DNA of 35,097 nt from a virus (IMGVR_UViG_2648501629_000001:101474-136570), one strand, 5' to 3'. Positions 1-10,166 are shown, numbered from the stretch's first letter. Program-made: numbers and translations. Notes: generated by a model from the letters alone, not told the origin.

Positions 1-259
1 CATCCATGTAGACTTCGAATGTAGCATACTTAGTACCCATCTTTAACTCACCAATGGTTATACTATTCATTAGCTCCATCGTTCTATCGTAGGCAAACTC
101 ACTACCTTCTTTTTTAAATGGATTATGATACACATTCTTGTCTACATATTTTTGAACGATTTCTAAAACGATTTTCATCAATTTATGTTCAATACCTTCT
201 CTGATGGAATCTTTTAGATGATGCTGTAGTTCAGATACAGAACTAAATAGTCTGCTCAT
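1..259 (-). CDS. Partial CDS (runs off the window edge), possible HK97 gp10-like tail completion/neck protein
   Basis: Open frame from ATG at 259 (MSRLFSSVSELQHHLKDSIREG...AYDRTMELMNSITIG...) overlapping the end of the upstream gene; the Y-x-RT-xx-L-xx-SI motif resembles gp10-like proteins. Not in the ORF track. Confidence 0.55.
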   Translation of the reverse strand, partial: MSRLFSSVSELQHHLKDSIREGIEHKLMKIVLEIVQKYVDKNVYHNPFKKEGSEFAYDRTMELMNSITIGELKMGTKYATFEVYMD

Positions 260-860
260 TCTCTACCACTTTTGATTGAGCGCCAGTCATTTCAGTTACT
301 TTCTCTTCAATCTCTCCTCGCAATCCTTCATTCTCTTTCTCTTTTTCGATTGCTTTTTCTAGCTCATCACTTACCTCAGCCACTTTATCTACTAGCTCAG
401 CCATTTTACCATCACGTTTAGCATTCTCTACGATGATTGAAGGAATTGTGTTTAATAACTCCATTTGAGCAAGTGTGCTATCAGTGTTCATCAATTCTGT
501 TTTAACTCGTTGTGCATATAGCTTATTTGCTTCTGCTACGATTTGAGCAACATATTGTTGTGCAATTAACAAGTGAATAGAAGGATTGTCAATAATTTTG
601 TCTAATTCTTCATCCGAGATGTCACCAAAATCGATATTTGTAAGCATCGGGAATAAAGTTTTGATTACATCTGTTCCTTCAAATGCCACCTTTCCACCGT
701 CCATGCCTAATCCATTATCACGTTGTAAATCAATGATATCTGCGATATCATCTACCGTTGGCTCATACACTTCAATATTTCCTCGAGGAGTTCGAATCAA
801 CTCTCTAATTTGGCGTTCTACTACGCCTAAGCTTGTAATTTCAATACCCAAAATTTCCAT
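243..860 (-). CDS. Hypothetical phage protein (possible tail assembly chaperone)
   Basis: 205-aa acidic ORF with AAGGAG RBS, in the tail module. Function inferred from position only. Confidence 0.6.
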   Translation of the reverse strand: MEILGIEITSLGVVERQIRELIRTPRGNIEVYEPTVDDIADIIDLQRDNGLGMDGGKVAFEGTDVIKTLFPMLTNIDFGDISDEELDKIIDNPSIHLLIAQQYVAQIVAEANKLYAQRVKTELMNTDSTLAQMELLNTIPSIIVENAKRDGKMAELVDKVAEVSDELEKAIEKEKENEGLRGEIEEKVTEMTGAQSKVVENEQTI

Positions 861-910
861 CTCCTTATAATTCGTTTCAATACTTTTGCTTAAGTATATT
901 TACATCGTAT

Positions 911-944
911 CAAAAAAGGAGATAGAAGTCAAGCCTCTATCTCC
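911..944 (-). terminator. Rho-independent terminator after the holin, with an embedded sigmaA-like promoter
   Basis: Minus strand GGAGATAGA-ggcttgact-TCTATCTCC-TTTTTT; the same stretch reads TTGACT-17nt-TACGAT with a TG extension. Confidence 0.7.
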
Positions 945-987
945 AGTTTCAATACTTTTTTTTAATAAAATCACTCTTTTATTACTT

Positions 988-1500
988 TTAACCTTGAGTA
1001 TCGTTATCTTCACTCTTGACGAATTTTCCGTCTTTCATCTTCGCACGAAGTCCAACCTTTTCGTTAATCTGCTCCATACGGTCAACTAAGAACTGTGGAA
1101 CTGGTACGCCTAGGTTTGCAAGGTTTTCTAAGATTGAACTTCCTTCAACATAGATGTAGAACCAAACAGATGCTGTTCTCAAAATAGGATTCTCTTTGAA
1201 GAATACCATGTCAAATAGGTTACATAATAATATTACGATTAAGTAGCCTATTTTTGTTCCAATTCCTTTTCTCAATCTATGACTAGAAAACTGCTTCTTT
1301 ACAAAGAAACCAATTATAACACCAGTCACAAGGTCGATAAGAATGCAATACATCAATACTTGTAATGCTGTATCCCACCCTCCTAACAACCATGTAACCC
1401 CTGTCATAAGCGCTGTAAAGTAAATAGCGAACTCATTAGTGTATTTTGATACACCATCAACATGCTGAGCAAACAATTGTGTTTTCAATACATGTGACAT
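988..1500 (-). CDS. Phage holin (Phage_holin_4 / toxin secretion-phage lysis family)
   Basis: Several hydrophobic segments and family-typical motifs LGGWD..L..L....ID..TG, S...R.G...K, EG.SI.EN...LG.P.P. Confidence 0.88.
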   Translation of the reverse strand: MSHVLKTQLFAQHVDGVSKYTNEFAIYFTALMTGVTWLLGGWDTALQVLMYCILIDLVTGVIIGFFVKKQFSSHRLRKGIGTKIGYLIVILLCNLFDMVFFKENPILRTASVWFYIYVEGSSILENLANLGVPVPQFLVDRMEQINEKVGLRAKMKDGKFVKSEDNDTQG

Positions 1501-1565
1501 CCCTTCATTATGAATTTATCATAATGATTACACTTCCATTCCCATCCCATTTCACATGCGAAAAC

Positions 1566-1727
1566 CTAGTTATCGCTTTCTTTCTGTGCGTTCATGTGTT
1601 TTTCTTGCTCTAACATTGCTTTAAGCATAATATTTTCCATAGTTAACTTATAAATCGTTTCTTGGCATTGAGCAATGACAATCTCTGCATTAACTTGTGC
1701 TTGAACTTGATTATTTTCCAAAGACAT
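1566..1727 (-). CDS. Small hypothetical protein (53 aa, coiled-coil-like)
   Basis: MSLENNQVQAQVNAEIVIAQCQETIYKLTMENIMLKAMLEQEKHMNAQKESDN*, with AGGAGG RBS; below the ORF-track length cutoff. Confidence 0.7.
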   Translation of the reverse strand: MSLENNQVQAQVNAEIVIAQCQETIYKLTMENIMLKAMLEQEKHMNAQKESDN

Positions 1728-1757
1728 ACTAACCTCCTTTCAAAGTCGCTATATTCC

Positions 1758-1800
1758 ATTATAGCGACTTTCCATTTTTATTTCAATACTTTTGTTTAAT
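1758..1800 (-). promoter_or_regulatory. SigmaA-type promoter whose -35 is part of the 20-bp motif
   Basis: ATTAAACAAAAGTA-TTGAAA-17nt-TATAAT; the -10 lies within an inverted repeat (1742-1771). Confidence 0.75.
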
Positions 1801-1802
1801 AA

Positions 1803-2294
1803 TTACCAAGTTACAGCAACAATTTCTGCATGAGTTTTAGCATCTATAATCTTTTTCTTTAACTCACTATACTTATATAGCTGAGCCTTTTTATGCATAA
1901 ACGCTTCTCTATATACATTATTCAACCATTCATCTCGTGAATGCACAATGTAATCAGCATCTTCAGTTAGCCAAGGAACTGTATCCGTTTCTTTATCAAA
2001 GAAGATTAACTCATGAGCTTGCCCTATGAAGTTAATTTGGTCATCGCCTTTCATTCTATACGTGTGTCCATTCGTAGATTTAAATCCTGTTACAATAACC
2101 TCGTCACACTTCTCTGATAGAATAGCACTCTTTAACTTCTTATGATAGTTTAAAATATATTCATCTGTAATACGTGAGAGAACTGCTCCTTCCTTTCTTG
2201 CCAGTGTTGTGATGAGTTGGTTCTTTTCTTCCATGGTCATTCTATCGTAACCAATGTCTACTAATTGTTTTTCAATTTGATAATCGAATAACAC
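1803..2294 (-). CDS. Putative tail fibre assembly protein (DUF4376-like)
   Basis: 163 aa directly downstream of the tail fibre; C-terminus ...IDAKTHAEIVAVTW is typical of this class. Confidence 0.6.
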   Translation of the reverse strand: MLFDYQIEKQLVDIGYDRMTMEEKNQLITTLARKEGAVLSRITDEYILNYHKKLKSAILSEKCDEVIVTGFKSTNGHTYRMKGDDQINFIGQAHELIFFDKETDTVPWLTEDADYIVHSRDEWLNNVYREAFMHKKAQLYKYSELKKKIIDAKTHAEIVAVTW

Positions 2295-2308
2295 TATTAA
2301 TCTTCTCC

Positions 2309-5300
2309 TTATCTATTGTTTAATTTTTCTTTCAAGTATCTAACTTGTTCAGATAGTTCTTGAATTGCCTTCCATGCGAGTGAAGACATTGCATAGTTAT
2401 CAACGCCACGTCCGTCTTTACTTTGAATCTCTTTAGGTGCGTATTCAGCTATGACACCGACATGTGTATGAGGATTATCGCTCTCTTCAACATCAGATTT
2501 GTACTTGTATGTTACTATATTAGTCCCCATAACTACGTCTAATGCCGATTTTTCATAACTTTCAATATCTGTCTTCCAAATTAATGAAGAAGCTGTATTA
2601 AACGCTGAAGCATAGACAGGAACGAAGCCACTATCCCATTGGTTCTTAAATTCAAAGTAATTGCCTCCGCCCCAATATTTAAGGATACTTCGACCATTAA
2701 ATTGAATAATAGGGCTATCTCCGCCTTGAATGTACGTAGCAATTCCCAAAGTACCATTATAGAGGAACTTATGTCCACCTACGTGTGAGTGATATTCATT
2801 TCCCGATTGTGTACCTTTGCCCATTGGAATAAGTATTCTAATACGGTTATCAGCATCTTTAATTGACCAAGTTGCCTCGGAAGACATGGTACTAGGAGCG
2901 TTAATATTCCCATATCTATCAAATCTAATAGAGCTTGCCTCAGGGAAATTTAATGCAACGCCACCGCTGTCCACCCCTTGGATATGCGCTCGTCCTTTTA
3001 GGATGATGTCATTTTGGTTTGATTCTAAAACAATCTTACCAACACCCCATATACTAAATAAGTTCTGAGCAGGGTCTGTGTTCGGCGCAGTGTAAGTAAT
3101 ACTACCGTATCCACTTTTTCCTATTTGACCAATTGACAAGTTATCTTCTGAAAGCGACAACATAGAGGTTGAACTTTTTACCCTTACTAATCCTTCATCA
3201 ATCCATGTTTCAACAGTGCTGACTTTAGATTTAGATACGATAGAGCCACCACTCATATAAGAGAATGCATTAGTGCCATCTGAGCGAATGTATATACCAA
3301 TCAATTGCCCAGTCTTAATCTTAGAAGCATCGATTTCTTGTGATTTAAGATTAGTGATGAATCCACTATGGGCGAATAAGCTATTTACATCGAGTTGCTG
3401 AGCTTTAATAGAACCATCTACAATCAGTTCACCAGTATAACGCTTACGAACCTCTAGGTCTCTAATGTAGTAGTAACCACTTCCTGCAGTTCCATCCTTT
3501 TCAAAGAATAGTTGGACACGAGAAATTGTCTTAGTATCATCGGGTGCAGTTGTAATCTGAAGATTCTTAATTACACGAGTGTCGGCTGTTGTAGGAAGAG
3601 CAGATATTGCCCCTGCATTTGCCCATGTACCATCTGTGTAGTGATATCTCATAATTAAATTAAGACTTGTCAAACCTGCATCACGATACCCATTAAACGC
3701 AATGTAATACTCATCATTAACCTTGAATTCAACATAAGTATTATCCATCATTGTAAGTGAAGCATAAGCACCATTACCAATCTTGAAATATCTCTTATTG
3801 TTCAATAGAACTGTAGAATATCCATTAGGGTTCTTCTCTTCGTTAATCTGAGATAGGTTCGTAAAATCACCAATAGCAATCTGTTGAGCGAATATTGTAT
3901 TCGTTGCAATCATCCCACCATTGATTAGCGTTGTCCCTGACTTCCAAGAATCTAATAGACTCTTAGCGCCATTCCAATTTGTAGCAGACGAAATCTGTGC
4001 ATCAAGAATAAGTCCACTCAACTTGTTTGTGTTAAATTTTCCATCCGCATTGATATTAGAAGCTCTATCCCATATAGCCTTATTATTATTGATGGCGTTA
4101 TTCGCTGTATTTGCTGTTCCTTGAGCACCATCAGCCAATGACTTGGAAGTCTCATTAATCTTTTTGACCAATTGAGCTTTTTTATCATAGTAATCATCAA
4201 ACTGCCCACGGAATGTAGCACCAGTAACTGCAGACGTTGTAGTCATATTTGTAAGTATACCGCCAGTACCATTAAGTACAGTATTTAGAGTATTATAAGC
4301 GTTAACGTAGTTTGTCTTCTCCGTTGTAATGCCATATGTTGTAGCCAATGCTTCATACTGAGGTTTCTCAGAAAGCATTACAGCCCACTCTTTCTTCAAC
4401 TGAACCTTTTCTACTGGAGTAATCTTACTATCACTAGACATATCTGCAATAGCATTCTGAGCCGATTGAGCCTTAGAATCTGCGTTAGTTCCTATTGACC
4501 TAGACAACTCATTAATCTTTTTAATTAATTGAGCTTTCTTATCGTAGTAATCATCGAATGTTGCACGGAACGTAGAGCCTATAACATCACTCGTGACAGC
4601 TATATTCGAAATAAGAGGCGTGATAAAAGTATTTAGCGTATTGTAAGCATTTACATAATTTGTCTTTTCAGTAGTTACGCCGTAAGTATTTGACAATGCT
4701 TCGTATTGTGGCTTTTCTGCTGAAATAGTTGCCCACTCTTTCTTTAACTGTTGCTTCTCTAGAGGCGTTAACTTATTATCGTTAGCCATATCGGTGATAG
4801 AGTAATCATAGTCTGTAGCATCAATAACTGTTGCGTATGCAACATACCAAGTTAAAGGAAGTGTCCCACCTTCTATGTTGAAGAAGTTTGTCGAACTAAA
4901 TGTTCCTGTTGAACCGCATTGAAGTCTACACAAGTATTCTTCCCAGTTTCCTGTGCCTGCAGTTGGAGTTAACCACTCCTGTTTTCCACCTGACCCATAT
5001 GAATTACTCGCAAAAACAATCTTAGAACCAACAGGTATTTTTGCAACAATTCTAGTTACAAAAATAGCATTTGCTCTAGACATAGTTTGGAATGAGAATC
5101 CACCATAAGCAGGAGATATAGGCAATGCAAGAGCCTTTATCTCTAACACATGAGTTGAATTCGTCGGAGCATCACTTGGTTTAGCGACCCTAGTTACTGT
5201 TACGTTTGTGTTGCTTGAGTTATTGTATACCTTAACATCATTAAGACCATTCTTAAACATTGGGTCATTGTATAGTACTTTTCCATTCAATCCTTGAGCC

Positions 5301-8300
5301 ACTATCTTAGACAGCTCATTAATTTTCTTAATCAATTGTGCCTTTTTATCATAGTAGTCATCAAATGTTGCTCTAAATGTAGCGCCATTGATATCACTAG
5401 TAACTGCTGTATTGGCTAGGAAAGGTGTGATAAATGTGTTTAATGTGTTGTAGGCGTTAACATAATTTGTCTTCTCTGTTCCTACTCCATAGGTAGTAGC
5501 TAGGGATTCATATTGAGGCTTCTCAGCAGAGATACTAGCCCATTCCTTTTTAAGCTGTTGTTTTTCTATCGGAGTAATTTTATTGTCATTCGCCATATCA
5601 GCAATGGCATTCTTAGCTTCTTGAGCTTTGGAATCCGCAGAAATACCCGTATTAACTTTGCTTTGCATAGTAGAATCTAAGCTTTGGAATGTGACTTGTC
5701 CTGTGATATCGACATGCTGTCCACCAATTTTAATTCCTTCTGTACTTGCGTTAATAGAGGCTTTTATATTTCCTTTTTTAACTACATTAATTGCAACCTC
5801 GTCAGATGTTTGCTTAATCTGAGTCCCTTGTGCAACTACAACATCATTTAAATTACTTAAGTCACCTTTAACATTAGTAACATTCTGAGAAATACCATCT
5901 GTTGTGATTTTAATCTCAGCCTTGGCATTTGTAACAGCAGTGCTTATCTTTCCATCAGCCTCTGTCTTTGTGTAAACATTCTTTGCCTCTGCTCTTAAAT
6001 TAATATCACCTTTCATCTGCGTAATCGATGTCTCATGATTTGAGATAGTAGTCCCTTGTTCAGTTACTGTTTTTGTTAGGTTGGTAACATTTAAAGCAAT
6101 CTTATCTGTCTCAATTTTGATTTCACCTTTAGCCTGCGTTATTGCAGTTGAGACTTTGCCATCAGCCTCAGCCTTTTTATAAACATCATTGGCATTGGCT
6201 TTTAAGCCAATTTCAGTTGCTTGTTGTACAATTGTACTTTCAGCGTTGGCTAATCTTGTCTCAGCACCTAAAGAGTCCTCAGGAGCAAGCATATAACCAG
6301 TAGCTTTTGTGCCAATTTGCATTTGAGGTTCTCGATAGAATACTTCACCATTTCTAAATAGCGCTATTCTTAGAGCTACCTTTGTAATACTAGCGTTATT
6401 CGCTTTTACTGTATAAGTGAGTCTAACCCATTTTCCATCTGACAATGTAGAGATACCCATATTAGACAAAGCAACATCTGTGTATTGAACTCTAGTCCCT
6501 GCATCATCATAAAACTCTACAATGAAAGGATTCTTGACATCATAAGCGCTAAAGCTAGTTACCTTAAAGTCAACTGAAAATGATACAGAATCTCCATTTT
6601 TAACATTGCCCTTATTGGAGATTAAGTTAATGATGCTATTTGTAGAAGCGCCAGTTCTGCTAACTTTTACAATTTTACTATTAGGCTTATCCACCTCCGC
6701 AGGAAGGATTGTGAATGAAGTATTATTCCAACTCTCAAACCCTCTTGCAAATCCTGAGTTTAGAATTAGATTTCGAACTTCAAAATTCAAATCGTCAATA
6801 CTTTTGTTTATATCTTCTTGCGTTACTTTAGTAGAGATTTGACCTGCTTGAACATTAAGTTGTGATTCTGCTGTTTGCAATCTACCGTTTGTCTTATCTA
6901 ATTCAGTTTGCTTGGCTCTTAAGTTAATAGCTTCTGTATTAAGCTTAATTTGAGTCTCAGCATTACCCACTCGACCATTCAATCCATCAAAATCTGACTT
7001 AGTAGCCTTTAAGCTAATCTCGCTAGTCAATTGATTAATACTAGTTTGTTGCTCACCAACGATATTATTTAAAGCATCATAGTCTTTCTTTTCTACCTTT
7101 TGACTGATTTGGTCTGAGTGTTGAATGATTGTGCTTTCAGCAGTCTCTAATCGACCTGTATACTTGTTAAAGTCTTCTGTTTTAACAAGCATCTTAATCT
7201 CATCCTTCATAAGATTAATAGAAGCTTCATTAGCAGTTACTTTATTTCCTAGACTAGTAACAACAGAGCCTTCTGCTTTTAATAGAATAGCTTCTGCATT
7301 TTGCTTGATTTGAGTCTCAGCTTCTACAAGTCTAGTGTCATCCTTGTCGCCTATACCAATTACACTAGTTAACTTATCAACTTGTGTAGATAGTTTTAAT
7401 CCAAGAGAAACTTGCTCTACCGCCCCACTATGTTCATAATGGAGAATTTCAACTGTATTCCATCCTGCTCTAAATGGCAGAGCAACAGATAGCCCAGTTG
7501 TTCTTGTTGTACTCTCATACATTTTTGCACCATTCATATATATAACAGCGCCATCATCATTTGTTACAGTTAACATGACTGTCTTGGCAACCTTCATATA
7601 TACATTTGTGAAATAGTGACCAATGTAATAATCTCCTGTGAATGCTTTGATTACAGAATTATCATCGTAATCTACAACTTCATTTGGTTGCTTTCCTTTA
7701 ATATGACTGAAAGAAGGAATCGCTCCTGCAGAACCTATGTTAATATCATATTTTCTAGCAAGCCATCGATTTACTCCAACAGCACTATCAAATTCTGTCT
7801 TTCCAATCTTAGAACCCAATTCACCTTTTACATTGGTAATCTCTTGTTCTGTTGTAGTTACCCTTCCCTCAACGCCTTCAAACGCACTTAAATCAGTTTT
7901 GTCGTTAAGTTTCGCAGTGACCAGTTTGTACTCTTCGTTATACTTTTCGATATTAACTTTATCTAAAAGTTCGCCTTCTATCTTTTGATAGTTTGCATCA
8001 TAGTCTTCTTTATTTACAAGCTTCTTAATTTGCTCATCAACGTATAGTGCTTCTGCCTTATTTAAAAGGTCATCTTGGACTTTTCCTAGCGTCTCCTGTA
8101 CGTTGCCAGTAATAGTCACTAATTCGTTTTGCTGTCCTTCTAGACCATCAAAACGACTATTAAGGTCGTGTTCTAGTGCGCCACCGTTGGCTATCAGTTC
8201 ATTAATTGCTGAAACGATATCTGTTTTCGAAGTTGTCAATAACTTCTCTAAGTCGCCAACTGATTTAACAGACGCATATTTCCACGTACCATTTTCTAAA

Positions 8301-8326
8301 TATCGAATGTAACGTGCCACCAACAT
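2309..8326 (-). CDS. Large tail fibre/spike with PA14-like and carbohydrate-binding-like domains, internal repeats and a C-terminal intramolecular chaperone (peptidase S74-like)
   Basis: 2005 aa. Coiled-coil 'I.Q.A..I.LKA' repeats, a PA14-like segment (TNDDGAVIYMNG...GWNTVEILHYE), an RNLILNSGF CBM-like domain, and C-terminal SS..WK.DI...GVIAE......WKAIQEL chaperone motif. Confidence 0.85.
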   Translation of the reverse strand: MLVARYIRYLENGTWKYASVKSVGDLEKLLTTSKTDIVSAINELIANGGALEHDLNSRFDGLEGQQNELVTITGNVQETLGKVQDDLLNKAEALYVDEQIKKLVNKEDYDANYQKIEGELLDKVNIEKYNEEYKLVTAKLNDKTDLSAFEGVEGRVTTTEQEITNVKGELGSKIGKTEFDSAVGVNRWLARKYDINIGSAGAIPSFSHIKGKQPNEVVDYDDNSVIKAFTGDYYIGHYFTNVYMKVAKTVMLTVTNDDGAVIYMNGAKMYESTTRTTGLSVALPFRAGWNTVEILHYEHSGAVEQVSLGLKLSTQVDKLTSVIGIGDKDDTRLVEAETQIKQNAEAILLKAEGSVVTSLGNKVTANEASINLMKDEIKMLVKTEDFNKYTGRLETAESTIIQHSDQISQKVEKKDYDALNNIVGEQQTSINQLTSEISLKATKSDFDGLNGRVGNAETQIKLNTEAINLRAKQTELDKTNGRLQTAESQLNVQAGQISTKVTQEDINKSIDDLNFEVRNLILNSGFARGFESWNNTSFTILPAEVDKPNSKIVKVSRTGASTNSIINLISNKGNVKNGDSVSFSVDFKVTSFSAYDVKNPFIVEFYDDAGTRVQYTDVALSNMGISTLSDGKWVRLTYTVKANNASITKVALRIALFRNGEVFYREPQMQIGTKATGYMLAPEDSLGAETRLANAESTIVQQATEIGLKANANDVYKKAEADGKVSTAITQAKGEIKIETDKIALNVTNLTKTVTEQGTTISNHETSITQMKGDINLRAEAKNVYTKTEADGKISTAVTNAKAEIKITTDGISQNVTNVKGDLSNLNDVVVAQGTQIKQTSDEVAINVVKKGNIKASINASTEGIKIGGQHVDITGQVTFQSLDSTMQSKVNTGISADSKAQEAKNAIADMANDNKITPIEKQQLKKEWASISAEKPQYESLATTYGVGTEKTNYVNAYNTLNTFITPFLANTAVTSDINGATFRATFDDYYDKKAQLIKKINELSKIVAQGLNGKVLYNDPMFKNGLNDVKVYNNSSNTNVTVTRVAKPSDAPTNSTHVLEIKALALPISPAYGGFSFQTMSRANAIFVTRIVAKIPVGSKIVFASNSYGSGGKQEWLTPTAGTGNWEEYLCRLQCGSTGTFSSTNFFNIEGGTLPLTWYVAYATVIDATDYDYSITDMANDNKLTPLEKQQLKKEWATISAEKPQYEALSNTYGVTTEKTNYVNAYNTLNTFITPLISNIAVTSDVIGSTFRATFDDYYDKKAQLIKKINELSRSIGTNADSKAQSAQNAIADMSSDSKITPVEKVQLKKEWAVMLSEKPQYEALATTYGITTEKTNYVNAYNTLNTVLNGTGGILTNMTTTSAVTGATFRGQFDDYYDKKAQLVKKINETSKSLADGAQGTANTANNAINNNKAIWDRASNINADGKFNTNKLSGLILDAQISSATNWNGAKSLLDSWKSGTTLINGGMIATNTIFAQQIAIGDFTNLSQINEEKNPNGYSTVLLNNKRYFKIGNGAYASLTMMDNTYVEFKVNDEYYIAFNGYRDAGLTSLNLIMRYHYTDGTWANAGAISALPTTADTRVIKNLQITTAPDDTKTISRVQLFFEKDGTAGSGYYYIRDLEVRKRYTGELIVDGSIKAQQLDVNSLFAHSGFITNLKSQEIDASKIKTGQLIGIYIRSDGTNAFSYMSGGSIVSKSKVSTVETWIDEGLVRVKSSTSMLSLSEDNLSIGQIGKSGYGSITYTAPNTDPAQNLFSIWGVGKIVLESNQNDIILKGRAHIQGVDSGGVALNFPEASSIRFDRYGNINAPSTMSSEATWSIKDADNRIRILIPMGKGTQSGNEYHSHVGGHKFLYNGTLGIATYIQGGDSPIIQFNGRSILKYWGGGNYFEFKNQWDSGFVPVYASAFNTASSLIWKTDIESYEKSALDVVMGTNIVTYKYKSDVEESDNPHTHVGVIAEYAPKEIQSKDGRGVDNYAMSSLAWKAIQELSEQVRYLKEKLNNR
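4142..5609 (-). repeat. Three ~100-aa intragenic repeats in the tail fibre
   Basis: Unit DM..D.K.TP.EK.QLKKEWA....EKPQYE.L..TYG..TEKTNYVNAYNTLNT...FDDYYDKKAQL.KKINE at about 5306-5609, 4499-4801 and 4142-4453. Confidence 0.9.
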
Positions 8327-8351
8327 ACTCCTCTCTTTATTTATATTGTTT

Positions 8352-8394
8352 ATTATAGCAAAAAGAGGTATTCATTTCAATACTTTTGCTTAAT
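8352..8394 (-). promoter_or_regulatory. SigmaA-type promoter for the tail fibre gene, overlapping the 20-bp motif
   Basis: TTGAAA-17nt-TATAAT with TG extension; motif copy at 8375-8394. Confidence 0.75.
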
Positions 8395-8424
8395 AAAACT
8401 TAACTTTTATTAGTTGAATATACA

Positions 8425-8502
8425 AAAATAAGGGGGCAAATCAATATACAAATTCATATAGTAAATATAGTAAACTTGTAAACTAATTTGCCCCCTTATT
8501 TT
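8425..8502. repeat. 17-bp perfect inverted repeat with a 44-nt loop (terminator or structured RNA)
   Basis: AAAATAAGGGGGCAAAT (8425-8441) / ATTTGCCCCCTTATTTT (8486-8502), downstream of the major tail gene. Confidence 0.75.
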
Positions 8503-8542
8503 AATACAAGAAGGTCTCTTTCGAGACCCTCTTAATCAGTGA

Positions 8543-9307
8543 TTACTCACCGATGATTTTGTACTCAGCCATTGCTTTCTCTTTGTTAGGGAACAGGTCG
8601 AAAGTAATCTGTAAGTTAGTTGGTTCTTTTGTACTCATTGTGATAGTGAATTTTGATTGTGGACGAGCATTTGGATACTCGATTTGCACAAACTCATCTC
8701 TCCCAGTTTCTTTCTCACGGATAAGTGCATCTGCAACTACACGGAAAGCTTTAGGGAATTTATCAGAAGAAATTGTCATAGTTTTAGCTTGAGAGTCTAA
8801 TACTAGGTAGTATACTGCATAAGCAGTTCCTTCTACAGCGTCAGTAGCAAAAGTGATTTCACCTGCAGTAACTTTGAATTGAGCGCCAGTTACAGCCTCG
8901 TCTCCAGTAACCTCTGTTAATGGCTCGCCAATGTGTTCTACTTCATCTAATCCAACAGGAACAACTTGTACAGAACCTGCTGTTGGAACGCCCGCTAAAG
9001 TAGCTTTCTTAGAAGCGCCAACTTTAACAACTTCACGTTTAGCGATTTTTGATTCGCCAGTTTTAAACTCGCTTCCTGCAACTAAAGCAATCCACTTAAG
9101 GTCGAAGACTTCCATTTCAACAGCTAATGTACCCTGTTTATCGTAGTCCCATGCAATTGCACGAGTACCTTTTGAAGTAGCGTAAGTACGCTCTGCTTGC
9201 CATTCGTTTGTAGAAACGTTTGCGTAATCTGAGAATAATACTGGCGCACCAGTAGCTTTGTCAAATAATGTGATATTTGCACAGTCCTTAATTCCATATA
9301 ATGCCAT
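8543..9307 (-). CDS. Major tail (tube) protein
   Basis: Ala/Val/Thr-rich ORF of about 254 aa after the head-tail joining genes; start set at MALYGIKD from the GAGGTG RBS (track starts at 9319). Product inferred from size, composition and position. Confidence 0.7.
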   Translation of the reverse strand: MALYGIKDCANITLFDKATGAPVLFSDYANVSTNEWQAERTYATSKGTRAIAWDYDKQGTLAVEMEVFDLKWIALVAGSEFKTGESKIAKREVVKVGASKKATLAGVPTAGSVQVVPVGLDEVEHIGEPLTEVTGDEAVTGAQFKVTAGEITFATDAVEGTAYAVYYLVLDSQAKTMTISSDKFPKAFRVVADALIREKETGRDEFVQIEYPNARPQSKFTITMSTKEPTNLQITFDLFPNKEKAMAEYKIIGE

Positions 9308-9384
9308 CTTGACATACACCTCTTATTGTTTATTTTTCAATACTTTTGTTTAAGTGTTGAATTATATATAAAGGCTATTAGCCT

Positions 9385-10146
9385 CTATTTTCCGATTTTC
9401 ATAGACTCAGTCCAGTGCTTGATAGCATCTTTCATATCAAACTTCTCACTGAGTTTGTAGCCCATGCTGATATTGAATGAATCCTTACCAATAACGCTTG
9501 AATATGCGTTGTATAGTTGGTAATAGGTCATCTTATCAATTTGTTCTAATGGTATAAATGTTGTTCCACCAAATGCTGTATAGTTAACAATATCTTGGAG
9601 ATAGAGAGCTGATTTCTCGGCAGTTCTTTTTCTACCTTTTTGCAACTTCTTCCAAATCTCTTTTTGCCTTTGTGTCATATTCTTTGGTGCTTTTTCCACC
9701 TTGATATCTTCACGATTTACAATCGACTGAATGATTTGTTTAATTCTATCAAACTCATCGTTGTCAATTATATAGGCGTTATTAACTATGATTTTCTTTC
9801 GATTTTCTAGAACGTTGATATCGTCAACCTTTAGAAAGTATCTCAATGAATCGCTTAGTACATCAGTTGATTTTCTCCAACCAAATACCGCGTCTAGAAC
9901 TGTCTTACCTTCCTCTAATTCCAAGAAGAATAAGTCGAATATATGAAATCTCTCTGCTAACTCTTCTTCACCTTCCATACCATTGAACACTGTTTCAGTG
10001 GTAATAGTGAAAGGTAGGATTAGATTATTAAATTCATCTTCGCCCATATCAACTATTTCATTTACTCGTGGCTGATGGGCAAAGATACCATTTTCCTTAC
10101 TCACTTCAATTTTTCTACCCATTAATAGCTTTAGTCTATCTATCAC
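9385..10146 (-). CDS. Conserved phage morphogenesis-region protein
   Basis: About 253 aa; GTG start after GAGGGTGA (track starts at 10164); between the putative tail terminator and the major tail gene. Confidence 0.6.
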   Translation of the reverse strand: MIDRLKLLMGRKIEVSKENGIFAHQPRVNEIVDMGEDEFNNLILPFTITTETVFNGMEGEEELAERFHIFDLFFLELEEGKTVLDAVFGWRKSTDVLSDSLRYFLKVDDINVLENRKKIIVNNAYIIDNDEFDRIKQIIQSIVNREDIKVEKAPKNMTQRQKEIWKKLQKGRKRTAEKSALYLQDIVNYTAFGGTTFIPLEQIDKMTYYQLYNAYSSVIGKDSFNISMGYKLSEKFDMKDAIKHWTESMKIGK

Positions 10147-10166
10147 ACTCTCACCCTCTCTCAAAC

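Noticed and set aside
2309-8326. Diversity-generating retroelement target, or a frameshift/recoding event in the tail fibre
   Set aside because: No reverse transcriptase or adenine-specific TR/VR pair was seen; the repeats are in-frame protein repeats and the ORF is uninterrupted under the standard code.
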